Assembly: GCF_009834535.1 (NCBI RefSeq)
Contig: NC_045696.1
Location: forward strand, 93,932,001-93,996,000
DNA length: 64,000 nt
From: Camelus ferus
Lineage: Eukaryota
Reading direction: 5' to 3'
The notes under the pieces: model-generated
Databases searched by the model: none
Seen by the model: only the letters and a program-made list of their open reading frames with translations
What the model was told of the DNA's origin: nothing
In this document: positions 13,486 to 25,666 of the stretch, piece by piece
How the letters are laid out: each line of letters starts with the position of its first letter
Numbering within the stretch: position 1 is the first letter of the stretch
Made by a program: the position numbers and the translations under genes

Positions 13486-14721
13486 CTAAGAAACAAGAAA
13501 AGCAAAAAATAAGGGGGGGAAGCAAAGCAAACTATGTATGAATGAGCCAAACAGAAAATAACAGCTATCTTAAGAAAAAGTACTTTTTTTGTTGTTACTT
13601 TCATTAGAGTCCCAAAAACACATAGCAAATGATCCCTGAGTAGTTTACTCAGATGACTAACAATTCACTAAAAAGGTGAAATGTAACGTACAATGTCCCC
13701 TACACTCTGTCAAGACAGCTTGAGAATCCTCAAATGACCAGTAGTCCAGCTTACTTCACTACTCATGATTCACCCACCGTCATTGTTAAATGGAACTCTG
13801 GTATACTCGCAGAGTTGGGGAGGTGGGGGAGAAGACACATAAAATGTTATGTAATTTCTTTAAGGCCATAGGATCTAAAATAAAACAGGCTTGCTTGTGT
13901 ATTACACATGCGACGTTTATACAGACTGGTTCCAGTTATCCAATTAATCAAGAAAAGATGTGGCTGCCAAAATGAGTATCTGCCCTGTTGCTGAGATCTG
14001 TCTTGTGTCTGGAAAAGGTAATACATGCACGCTCCAAAATCTCCTCTAGTTTTCCTATTTCTTTATGTCGTATTTGGTAATATTTTAACCATGTCAGCTC
14101 CTAGGCCTTTATCTGGGAGCAACACCCCATCGTTCACTCAAACCTGAAGTTTTGAGCTACCAACTTGTTAAATGTACTCAAGGATTAAGTAGCCACAAAA
14201 TAGGAATAAGATACTAAGCAGTGGTGACAGAAATGAGCAACCACAAATATGACAAATTATTTGCGTCTTTTGTGATTCCATCAATTGACTTGAAATTTAC
14301 CCTTTAGCTGAATGGTATATAGTACGTGATCACCACTGAAAGAAATTCAGTAATTAAACACTTAACATAAATAATCAATAGGTTCAAAGGAAATCAGTGT
14401 TTTCCTTTATCAGCTGTGATGAATCAGCAACAACCAATGGCTGACACTTCTAAACAAGCCTCAGGTGACCACAGTCAAGAGGGCAGAACCCTGCCTGCCC
14501 ATCACTCCCTTTTCAACTACCTGTATTAAAAGTGTTCAGGACTTACTCAGCCAATACTTAATTTGCTGTGTTTTTCCCCCTTTGTCCCCCACATTTTGCC
14601 CCACCTTAGAAAGTTTAAACAGTGATAAGGGTTTCAGATCCTCCCATAAAGCTCCTCCCTGCCAGCAACACAATGGCCAAGAGAAATGTGCACGGCTCTG
14701 ATGACCAAACAATATAATTTA

Positions 14722-14849
14722 TAGGGTTGTTTTGGGGGGAGGGGTATAATTAGGTTTATTTATTTATTTTTAGAGGCGGTACTGGGGATTGAGCCTACAC
14801 CTTGTGCATGCTAAGCACGCACTCTACCACTTGAGCTATACCCTCCCTC
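14722..14849 (-). mobile_element. Camelid tRNA-derived SINE (Vic-1 type) with 17-bp TSD
   Basis: Minus strand GGGAGGGTATAGCTCAAGTGGTAGAGTGCGTGCTTAGCATGCACAAGG...CTCAATCCCCAGTACC (A/B boxes), then an (AAAT)n-CCTAATT tail. Perfect TSD ccaaacaatataattta at 14705-14721 and 14850-14866. Confidence 0.9.
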
Positions 14850-14987
14850 CCAAACAATATAATTTAAAAAGAACAATAACTTCGGGTTTCCTTTATGCCC
14901 CTCCTCCCCACCCCCAACACCTTCATTTGCGGCTTAGTGAATGCCCAGCTTAGAGAGTGACTTGGCAACACTCTTGCCCACTCTTAC

Positions 14988-16064
14988 CTTTATCCTCCCC
15001 AGGCTGGAAAACTTCTCCTTGTCTTCCATCACTGCTTTCAGAACAGGCTGGGACATTCTGTTCTTCTTCGTCGAGGTGGTAGGACTGTCAAAATCAACGC
15101 CACTGACCACTGCCCTGCGATACGACGTGGACCGCAAACCTCTCCGCAGAGACCCCGGGCTGTCCACATCGTTCTCCGCCTCGCCCTCGTCCTCTGCGGG
15201 GCCCAGGGGCGCTCCAAGACCCTCCACCATGCTGCGCACCTTGAGCAGCCTCTTGTGAGGCTCCACGTTCTGACTGTTGGATTTACTTATTTTAATCTCC
15301 GAGGCCAGGCTCTTCGGAATGATCTGCTGCTTCCCCACTTTGAGGGCGGCGGGGCTGTTTGTGCTCAAAACCACTGAAGGATTCTCCGGGAGCTCGTTCT
15401 CCTGTGAGGGCAGCCTTTGGAGGAGTAGTTTTTGTTCCAAAGACCTGTTCTGGGGCACAGGAGAAAGTCTTGAGGGTCCCCGCTCAGGGTCCTTAGCCAT
15501 CTGGCCGGGAAGCGAACGGGCGCCTGAGGAGGCAATGTAAGGGGTAAGCCCATTTGTAGTAGGCGAAGGCAGGGGGCTGGCGGGGAATCCGGCTGTGTTC
15601 CCCTCGGGGCTGCAGGGGGCGGGCGCTTGAGTCCGCAGTGGGTGCAGCAGCTGCGGCGCAGGCGAGGTCACCGTGCCGTTGGCTGTAGATTTGGGGGAGC
15701 CACCCGACGCCGCTTTGGGGACCTGGGGTGACTTAGGCCGTCGGAGCCGAGGAGAGACAGCTCTGTATTCCGGGGAGACGGTCCTCCCATTGGTTATTGC
15801 CCCTCGGTGGGCGCACAGAAGCAGTGGGCTTCTCTGGACCGTCCTGCCGTCGGAGGCAGTGGGCACCTGGGCAGGAGTCTGCGCCGCGGGGAGCGTCCCT
15901 AGATCCTCCACCGGGAAATCCGTGATCAGCAACCCGCTGGGGCTCTGGTAGGACTGGGGCCGCGGCTTGCTTCGGCCCAGCAGCTGGGGCTGAGGGGTTG
16001 ACCGCCTTCGCCACAAAGGGGTTAAACTGTTGCTGGAAAAATCCACTTCGCTCTCGCCGTCCAT
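14988..16064 (-). CDS. ARHGEF26: ARHGEF26 (SGEF) first coding exon, codons 1-359, Pro/Ser-rich N-terminus
   Basis: ORF 14934..16064 reads MDGESEVDFSSNSLTPLWRRRS...GLLITDFP...LRRGLRSTSYRRAVV...EDKEKFSSLGRIK, recognised as the SGEF N-terminus. Strong Kozak context (actATGg). Donor AAG|gtaaga at 14988/14987; 1077 nt = 359 codons, phase 0. Confidence 0.97.
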
Positions 16065-16116
16065 AGTAGAGCCTCGGGGGTCAGCCCCGGAGGATACAGC
16101 ATCCAGTCAGTCTTGC
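16065..16116 (-). other. ARHGEF26: 5' UTR portion of ARHGEF26 exon 2
   Basis: Polypyrimidine tract plus AG (cttctttcctctttag|GCAAGAC) at 16117/16116, 52 nt upstream of the ATG. Confidence 0.85.
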
Positions 16117-16528
16117 CTAAAGAGGAAAGAAGTCATGGAACTTTGCCTCCAGGCGCGCCTTGCAGATGCGCGTCCTCTGAGCCCGGGGATCACCCGCCTG
16201 GGACGCGAGACACAACTGCGTGTCACTTACCGGCCCTTTCTTAGGCAAAAACTGTGCTCGCCGCACGCAACTGTCCCAGACAAAATCTGGCTGCGCTCAG
16301 GCGGATAAATCCAATCCCCTTAGCGTCTCTCCCGCGCCTAAAGACCACCCGCACGGAAAGAGACCGCCACCAATTCACCGGGTGGAAACCGATGCACAAG
16401 AAACTTGGGACGAGTTCAGCTTTCTTGGGAAACTCGCCGCAGGACGCTCCCCTCCGCCGCCATCCAGCCGCCCGCCCCGATCGTTGATCCCCTAGAGCTC
16501 TAGCTGCCCAGCTCCCAGGCGGATTTAC

Positions 16529-16640
16529 CTTCAGGGCTTTTCAGAGCCCAGGGCTAAAGAGCGCCCACCTCCCCGTGGGTGGCCCGGGTCCGGGATCGAA
16601 TCGCCGCGGCGGGAGCTCTGGAGAGCTCTGCAGCGGACTG
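16529..16640 (-). other. ARHGEF26: Candidate non-coding first exon of ARHGEF26 (TSS approximate)
   Basis: Donor GAAG|gtaaat at 16529/16528, directly downstream (minus strand) of the GC-box/CCAAT cluster; gives a 412-nt intron to the 16116 acceptor. The TSS cannot be fixed from sequence. Confidence 0.55.
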
Positions 16641-16649
16641 AGGCGTCGG

Positions 16650-16702
16650 CTCCGCCCCCAATCTTGACTCCGCCCTTAGCCTTGGCCACGCCCGGGCCCG
16701 CC
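16650..16702. promoter_or_regulatory. Core promoter motif cluster: SP/KLF GC boxes and a CCAAT box
   Basis: ccgccc at 16652-16657 and 16670-16675, ccaat at 16658-16662, ccacgccc at 16686-16693; no TATA box seen. Confidence 0.65.
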
Positions 16703-18524
16703 TCTATCGCAGTCATCCGGGAGCTGCAGCTTTCCCGCCTCAGTCCCTGTTGAACATACCGGCACACCTGGGCTGGGTGCCGAACTCCCGGCTTCCGGGC
16801 CGCGAGCTGTGGGCTGGGGGCGGCGTTGGAGCCGCCGGCGCACAGAGTCGTTGCCGGGAGTACATCGTGGGAACCAGCGTGGGAGCTCTGCCCAGACGTA
16901 ATTTACGAAACTCTGGGCCCCCGGGGGATCTCCCCTGTAGAAACCAGAAAGCCTGGCAGACGAGGGTTTGTGAAATGCGTGAACTGGAGCGCGTAGCTCT
17001 GAGCGCAGAAACCCAGGTGCCTCTCAGCATTCGCGTGGTCTTAAAACACAGATCCGATGCCCTGCTCCCCTGCTTAAAATATCTTGTAGACTGACAGATT
17101 TGCTTGTTTATGCCTAGAGTATTTCCGGAGGGATACATACAGCCAGCGTGGAGGAGGGAAATTTTTCTAAAAAATGAAATTTTCCAAATAGTTTGGTTCA
17201 AAGAAATATGGCTGATACCATACTCATACCTACCCACTTTTTAATATAGGATATTTCCCATACGAACACACTACTTTTATATTGGAAAATATAATTAATT
17301 TTTAAAGTGCTTAGCTAAGGACAAATGAAGTGTCACCTAATTCAGAATGCAAACTGTGAAACATGTTAATAAGTTGTGAATGGTGGTGTGAGAAGCTAGC
17401 TTCTTTTCAAATTATACTAGTTCTGCAAACAAGTGTATCTAATGATTGTGAACATCTTCCTATCACATTCCTAAGCAACAAAAAAATACCCACCAAAACA
17501 ACAGCGACAAAACACCATGCTCTGTTCCTTCAGTAAGGGAAGCTTGGAAATTCAGACTTGCTGCCCATTTTAGCTGCCATTCAATTTATACTATCTGTTC
17601 AAACCTAGGACATCTTTGTATGTACCAACAAGAAAGAAAGAAGGCTGCCAATTAAACCATGACACAATGTGTTATCATACACGATTTTTTCAATACTTAT
17701 TAAAATGGTGCTTTTTAAAAGACTTCAATATAGATTTTTCAGTAATGTGTATATATAGAAAAGGAAAATACAAGCAAAAGAAGTTTAAAAATTATTAAAG
17801 TATTTCTACAAATTATGTAGACTTTTAGATTCTACAAATTCTACAAAGTCTAATTCTTCTGAATCCCTTTTTGCACAGAGCATCAAGGTGTGCATTTCTC
17901 CCCCACAGGCTCATGGGTAGCATGGCATTCCCTAGCCTTGTCTCTGGGATTTGCTTCCCAGCCAGACACGCATTCTACAAGTTTGATGCTGGTATAACCC
18001 TCTTCAACTAAAAGCATAGTTTTCTTGTTCAACTTAATCATACATCACTACAACCTACACAGCCTCTCTATTATGGCCAGAAGGAAGTTTCATGCCTTCA
18101 CTATGGTCTCGTGTGATGCATGAATTGGTTCAGTCTCTTGTTGCTTTGGAATTTCTTTCATCTAATCTGACACATCTGGCAATTTCTCCTGCCTTCAACT
18201 GTATTTCTTACCATATGGCTTTGACACATATAGTTTTAAATCGTATAGAACTCTGTGAACTGATGACAATTTGAACAGTTAAAACCATGTTCACAAAAGC
18301 AGAGGCAATGCCTACTATATCTTGATTGCTCCTTGGCCAGTGGCTATTTCTTTAATAGTAAGACACATTCCAGTTTCAGAAATGTTACAATGTGAGACAA
18401 ACTGCTTCTTAGACTTGGAGAAATACCGTATATTGAACAATTAGGATTGATATATTATGCCGGTATATTCTGATGGTATATATTTTTTATTTTATTTTCT
18501 AATTAAAAAATTTTCATTTCTTCC

Positions 18525-18825
18525 TAGTTTTATTGATATAGTTGACATACAACATGGCAGTAGTTTAAGATGTACAACAATGATTTGGTATATGTATGTT
18601 GTGAAATCATTACCACAATAAGTTCAGTTAACATCCATCACCTGGCATGTTTACAAAACTTTTTTTTTGTGATGAGAACTTTTATCATCTGCTTTCTTTG
18701 CTATTTTCGAATGTACAATACAGTGTTGTTAACTGTGATCACCATGCTGGGCATCACATCCCAGAACTTATTTTTCTTTAACTGGAAGTTTGCACCTTTT
18801 GGCCACTTTCACCCACTTCCACCAG
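18525..18825 (-). mobile_element. L1MA-like 3' end fragment
   Basis: tttattgatatagttgacatacaac...gtgaaatcattaccacaataagttcagttaacatccatcacc, typical antisense L1MA 3' UTR. Confidence 0.7.
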
Positions 18826-21800
18826 TGACATATTGAACTATTAAAATATTCAGTGGTATGATACAGGGTGTCAGAGGTGAGATACCAATTATTGCTACAT
18901 TTACTAAACAAATTTGCATTTATCACCAATTACGTGTCTGGAATAATACTTAGGCTAATTTTTAAGTGCAGTTTGTTAACTAGCGTTATTACCTTGCAGT
19001 TAAATCTCATGCATTCTTTACTCATGTATTTATACATTCCACTAATGCTTATTGGGTACATTTAAGTGCCAAGCACTGGGCCAGCCTTCCTGAAGCTTAT
19101 AATGTGACTGATTAACTACATCTGACACATTACAAATTTAAGGCACCTGAGCTGAGGAAGGTATGGCAAACTCCCTGTTCTCTGAAAGTCTCTGTGAAGG
19201 ACTCTGGGTAGAAGTGGGCCAGAAGAATAGGAAAAATATTGCGAGAAGTGGACAGTATTTCAGAGACATGTCCCAGCAGGAGCAGAAACATGGGGGTGTG
19301 GCTGGGAAACTAAGATTTATTAAGTGCCAACTATATTTCAGGCACTAATTTAATCTTCCATTAATCCTGTCTCCACTTAACTATGAAGAAGCTGAAGCTC
19401 TAAAAGCTCTTCTCATACTGTTGCTGAGTGTTTGAGTCAGAATCCTAACTCAAGTCTGTCAGACTCCAGAGCTCACAAGCTGCACATACCAGAAACTAAA
19501 CTCACAAGAATAGAGAATTTGCAGTTAGAAATTGTGGGAGATTAATTTGGCTAAATATGGGTAGAATAGAATGTGGTGTGTGACATAAACCAAGGGGTCT
19601 GGATTTTACTTGGATAACATCTGACACTCTCTGAAACTATTTAAACTTCTCTATCTTTTAAACAATAAATTTGATAACACCAGTCTCAGAGATTAAATAA
19701 ATAAAATAAGCAGATTTGTTTGTGTATTAAAAAAGTCCACATAAACCCCTAAAATCTGAGGGAAATCTTCTCTTAGAGGGAAATAAGAGAAAAATATTTA
19801 AATATATATGTACCAAAGCATTAATAACTGTATTATTCACAAATCTATAAGAAAAAGATAACTGGAAAAATAAGCAAAGAATGATACGAATTTTAGAAAT
19901 GACACACATGCCTACTATACATAAAAATACACTCAGCCCCAATAGTAATAACAAAATTAAAACAGTAATGAGATCATAGTTTCTTATCCATTAGATCAAC
20001 AAAGATTAAGGAAAAAAAAAAACACTGTTGGTAAAAGTGCAGGCAAAAGAGAGTTCTGACTCATTCACCCTAAGAATGTAAACAACCTTTCTGAAGAGCA
20101 ATTAGATGACATTTAATCAAAACCTTGAAAACAGGCAAATCTTCAAGCTAGTAATTCCATATACAGGAAATAGTCCTGAGGAAGTAATCTTTGCTGTGTG
20201 CAAAGAGGTATATGTTCAAAGATCTCTGTCAAACATTTCTTAATGGTGGCAAAAAATTAGAAGCAAACTGTTTATTGGTAAGGGACTCATTAATAAATCG
20301 TGATGTAAAATGCAACCACCAAAAATAATAGTGTCGATATATAATTACTCATACAAAAATTGAAAATATGGTAAATGGGGGAGAAAAGCTACTTTTAAAC
20401 ACATTGTGCAGAAAGTCTTACTTTGAGTTTTTAAAAATGCAAATAGCTATGTATAAATACTCAATACCAGGTTTGTAATACTCAAATGTTAGCATGTCTA
20501 CCTCTGGTACCAAAATTAAATGTGGTATTTCAGTTATGCTTTGCGGTGAAACAAACCACCTTACCACTTAGTGGCTTAACATAGCAAATTTTATTATTTA
20601 TTGTTACTCACCATCTGTGGGCTGGTGTGGTGAGTTCTTCCGCTTCTTCTGAGGGCCTCTCCGGGCTCTCCCACATTGCCACAGCCAGCTCTGGGGTAGG
20701 CTGGATCGCAAGGACACGGCTTCACCCACGTGTCTGACTGTTGGTTGGTGCTGGTTCCTCAGTTCTCCCTTTCTCAGGTATCTTAAACGTCCTGGAAGGC
20801 TTAGTAGCCCTGGTACAATCAAGTGATAAGTCAAAATGACAAAAAAAAATCTGGAAGGGATATCTGAAAAGGAGGTTTTGAGAATTGATTAGTTCTCATT
20901 GGGAAATAAAAATTCTTTAAGAGACTTTTTACAGCACTTACAATGATTTATATATTACCTTGTGTTTTTTTAAAGCATTTCTTGAGCACTTAAAATATAA
21001 CAGACCCTCTTTGAAGTACTTCAAATGTATTAAATAACCTTCACAACAACCTCATGAGGTAGGAACTACCACTGTCTGCATTTTATAGACAAGGAAACTA
21101 AAACCCAGAGAGGTTCAGTCCCCATGTAGTCTGGCTCCAATCTGCCTCATAACTATTACACTATTATATTATTTGTGATTTCATTATTCATTTATTTTCA
21201 TTTTTTCCCACAAATAAAATGTAAGCACCCCAATGTCAATGTTTTCTCTATCTCCGATAGTGCTTCAGTAATGAACAGATGGATCAGTTGATGATAACTC
21301 CCAGAGGAAGAGGAGGCAGAGCAAGAGGGGTCATCCAATTAGGAAGAGAAACACAAAAGCCTTAGAATGGAAGAGTTTGTGTAAGGAGAATCGGATTAGT
21401 AATCCTATTCATCATCTAGTATTTATTTCGCTCCTGGTTGGTGCCAAGCTCTGGGCTCGCTGTAGATACAGTGGTAAAGAAAGTAGCCGTGATTCTGCTA
21501 ACTGTCCTTGCCATAGTCTTGCTAACATTCAATCAGGAAAGACCAACTCCGGGTAGCATCTGATGCTACGGATGTTGCTCACTGTCTTGGTGGTCATGGA
21601 ATCCAACCGGCAGGGCTTCTGGAGAAAACAGTCAGCATGCAAGCTTAGTACAGGCACTTAACTGCAAGTGTGGGAATTGTGACAGCAAAAGGGAGGAGAA
21701 AATAGGGCAGTTGTTGGAGGGAAAGGGAGAAATAAGCAGATTTATTTCAAGACTGGGGATACTTGGCTGGAATTCAGGCGGCTGAGTTTCAGTTTGTGTC

Positions 21801-22804
21801 TGCCACTTTCTTACTGTGGGAATGAGGACAAGTCACCAATCTCTAAGATTGTAGTTTCTTCAACTGCAAAATGAAATTATTCCTCCACCGCAGTTGAGAA
21901 ACACTGGTTAGATTAGAATAATTTGGATGTGGCCACTCCAATGGTTAGGGGAAATGGGACACAGAAGTGGGATGGGGAGAGGGGAGATCTGGACAGATAA
22001 CTGTACAAAAACTAATTCCTAATTAACTTTCCCCCTATCTTGAACAGCAAATAAGTAGAATAAAATTCTGTTATTTCCAACTGTAGGGCGAACATGAAAG
22101 ATCATAATGAGAAAAGGATTAGAACTTGTTGAAAATGGCTCAGAGGGCTCTTCTTGACAGGACCTTAGGGAATGATAAGATTTGTTCAGTCTCTTCTTTC
22201 TTGCCACCACCAGTCCTTGCCGGCAGCGTCCAATCTGCTAATTCACAACTGCAGGGAGAATGATTCACATTTGATTTATCAACCTGCCAGTGACACATGT
22301 TTTGAGGGGAGGCTCTCCATTTAACTAGAATGATTAAGATCCCAGGTAAGCCTCAAGGTCAGTGCGGAGAGTGACGCCCAGAACTGGGTAGGCCCCAAGA
22401 GCTACTGTTCACTGTTGTTCTTGGAATTGTAGGGATAAGATAAGCAACTGAGTAGCCACTTTCTTCAATGGGTTCTAGTGTCACGTCACTACATGGCTTG
22501 AACTGACCCTTCAGTTCTTTAAACAGTAGTTTCTTTGGTGGTTTGGTCTTTTTTTGTTGTTTTTTTAAATACATTCGTATGGTTAAAATTGGGATTGTAC
22601 AAAAGTAAAAAATATCTAATATCTCCTGTTCTTGTCCACAGTTTCCTACTTGGCCCTCTAAAGGCATTCACTGTTAACAGTTTGTTGTATTTCATAAATT
22701 TTCGGATTTATGGTGGGACATAAATAAGCATATATATCTCCACATACACTAGATACCTATACACATACTAGTATCCTATAACAGTGTTCCGTATCTTAAA
22801 ATTT

Positions 22805-23461
22805 TTTTCTTTTTTTCCCCTATTTTATTGATGTATAGTCAGTTTACAATGTTATGTCAATTTCTGGTGTACAGCATAATATTTCAGTCATACGTATATT
22901 CTTTTTCATTATAGGTTACTATAAGATATTAAATATAGTTCCCTGTGCTATATAGAAGAAACTTCTTGTATATCTATTTTATATTTAGTAGTTAGTATCT
23001 ACAAATCTCAAACTCCCAATTTGTCCCTTCCCACCCCTCCCCCTGCCCTCTGGTGACTGTAAGTCTGTTTTCTATGTCTGTGAGTCTGTTTCTGTTTTGT
23101 AAATATGTTCATTTGTGTCTTTTTTTTTTTTTTTTTTTAGATTCCACATATAAGTGATATCATATGGTATTTTTCTTTCTCTTTCTGGCTTACTTCACTT
23201 AGAATGACGCTCTCCAGGTCCATCCATGTTGCTGCAAATGGCATTATTTTATTCTTTTTTATGGCTGAGTAGTAGTCCAATATAAATGTACCACAACTTC
23301 TTTATCCAGCTATCTGTCACTGGACGTTTAGGTTGTTTCCACATCTTGGCTACTGTATACAGTGCTGCTATGAACATTGGGTATATGCATATTTTTGAAT
23401 TAGAGTTCCCTCCAGATATATGCCCAGGAGTGGGATTGCTGGATCCTATGGTAAATCTATT
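22805..23461 (-). mobile_element. Young L1 3' fragment (ORF2 C-terminus plus 3' UTR)
   Basis: T-rich tail at left. ORF-track peptide ...PMFIAALYTVAKMWKQPKRP...WIKKLWYIY resembles the L1 ORF2 C-terminus. Confidence 0.9.
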
Positions 23462-23530
23462 ACCTGGGATATCATTCCATACCAACACTTATAGAACCAC
23501 CATGTATTTTTTTTTTAACATCTGCATAGC

Positions 23531-23612
23531 ATTAGGTAGAATCAAATGGAATTGCCATTTCTGTAAGTCAAAAGCAGTCAAATACCAACAATTCCATATG
23601 GTTCCATCTAAT
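23531..23612. mobile_element. MADE2-like mariner MITE (~80 bp)
   Basis: Imperfect terminal inverted repeats attaggtagaatcaaatggaattg ... caattccatatggttccatctaat. Confidence 0.7.
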
Positions 23613-24751
23613 TGTACATCATTTATTAGCAAATTTCCTACTGATAAACATTAAATTATTTCCTTGTAAAATCTGAGCATCAGTAAGTTCCTTTTAGTTC
23701 TAAATTTCCATAATTCTTAGCTTTGTTCCCATTCCTCAATACGTAGGTAAGGCAATAAAAGAGAACACTTCATTGAACAAAGATACAGGTACGGTTTCCT
23801 TCTGTTATGCGTAGTTAGGAGTCTGCTCTTAACACGTTAACGGTGAAATATGGGGAATGTACTCTAAGCAGAGTTCTGTTCCTTTTTGGGGAAACTGGGT
23901 CAGGGGTGCCATCACCACTATCACCGATTTCCTTTGGTGATAATTTCCCAGTGACGATGCCGCTTCTTTGCTGTCCTTTCCTGGCTCTTGCTCTTTCTCT
24001 GAATTATCAAAATGGTATGTCAGATCACAGCTCTTGTTTCATGAAGTTTGTTAAGTAATTCGAACAAAGAGTTATTGGAATAGGCCACACTGTTCCTTTT
24101 GTGTCAAGTATTCGGTGTTTGCAAAAGAACTCAAGATTAAAACAAAACAAAACAAAAAACCAAATCCCTCTGTGGTGTGCACTCCATTTTCCAGGTAGAA
24201 CTATCTCGAGAATCATCTGGGGATACTTAAAACTGGCCGATACTTTCAAGTTTTTTCCTGCCCAGATTTGTTTGGAAGAAATCCAGTCTTACCAATCTCA
24301 AAAATTCAGCAGGGAAAAATAGCTGAAATAAATTAAACCTGCGATCACCAAATTCTGTGTTTACCTAGACATTCTGGCATTTGGCTTCAAGGACAAAGCT
24401 TTTTGGAAGTATTACTTAAACTCAGTTTTGTACAGATTTTAAATTGGAAGAAAAATGGCAACAGAGTAAAGCTCTATAAACCATACACGTTTGGGCTCAT
24501 TACCAAGCAGTACTAATAGAATTTGAAAAATGCTTTCCAGGGTTGAGATCTGCCACCTAGCAACCACTCTGAAATACTTCCTGTGCTGGCCCAAGAAGGA
24601 GTACCCAAAATGCCCAGTTTTAAAATTGATGGGGTATTTTGCTGTGCCTGGGCCACAGTCATTGAAGGGAGGATTAGAACTTTGTTTTTAGGGCAAAGAC
24701 ATGCAGATTAGAAGGACTGTTTAACTTAACTGCTCAGCTGGGTTTTGAGAT

Positions 24752-24876
24752 AGGGTTGGCAGATTAAGTACAAATTAAAGAGTGTATCAGACATACTACA
24801 CTAAAAAATTATTTACTGTTTATCTGCAATTCACATTTGTGCGTTCTGTATTTTTATTTGTTAAATCTGTCAACTT
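24752..24876. mobile_element. MER53-like palindromic DNA-transposon MITE, internally deleted
   Basis: agggttggcagat ... atactacactaaaaaattatttactgtttatctgcaattcacattt ... aaatctgtcaactt. Confidence 0.6.
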
Positions 24877-25666
24877 GGCTTTGGAGAGACTTATAGTGGA
24901 GAGTGGAGGAATATTTATAGAATAGGTATATTAACTTGATCTCCCAAGGCTGCTGATGTTATGGATCTAAAACACCTTTCCTAGAGCACTGGCTATTGGA
25001 CCTACAAGGGAGCCTGAAGCAAAGAAGACCTAAGGTAGGGCAGGAGCTAACAGAAGAGGATAAGAGATTGACCCAATGTTGCACCCAAGAAAGCTAAACT
25101 AAAGGAGGATAGGAGAAGGAAGGGGTTAGCTGTGCAGGAGCAGGGATGCCCCACAGAGTGTAATGGTGCCGGTGAGGAGAGGGAACTTCCTGGACATCTA
25201 GGAGGACGTGGAAGTGGTATGATGTCAGCATTCATTTATTTTTAAGTGGTAGAAGGACGGGAAGTGAGGCCCTCTACACAAATATGCCATCTGAAGCTTG
25301 GGCTGAGGTGGGAGAGGTGCAACCTGGATCCCAAAGAGGCCAATGCCACCTCCACACAGCATCCGAACAACTCTTAGGCTGCTTGCGCCAGCCTGGAGAG
25401 CCAGCCTGGGGCTGCAGAGGCTTTGTCAGGGTCCTGCCCTTCCAGCTTCTTCTCACCCGGTTTTGAGCTTGGGAGAGGTTGTCACTTTGTCTTTGATCCA
25501 GATCACAGCCCCTCATCCCCACCCTAGAAATCTGCAGCCTCTGCTGTTAACCCAGCAGCACAAAATAATTAAAACAGGATTCATACATAATTCCTATGTG
25601 TTTGCACATGACTGAACATCTCCTGAAGGACATATAAGAAACTGCTAACTGGGGTGTGGGAAAAAG

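Larger units (their letters stand above)
15090..17060. promoter_or_regulatory. CpG island covering the ARHGEF26 promoter and first coding exon
   Basis: Visibly GC-rich with dense CpG against an AT-rich, CpG-poor background; boundaries judged by eye. Confidence 0.9.

Noticed and set aside
14775..14849. tRNA-like sequence with A and B boxes
   Set aside because: It is the head of a SINE with an AT-rich tail and a TSD, not a tRNA gene.
14934..16064. 376-aa ORF as a complete single-exon gene
   Set aside because: A canonical donor at 14988 and two in-frame downstream exons show it is a spliced exon; the last 17 aa are intronic (kept only as an isoform hypothesis).
14941..17237. Many overlapping 77-165 aa ORFs on both strands around the promoter
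   Set aside because: Expected from stop-codon scarcity in a GC-rich CpG island and antisense to a real exon; no recognisable protein similarity.
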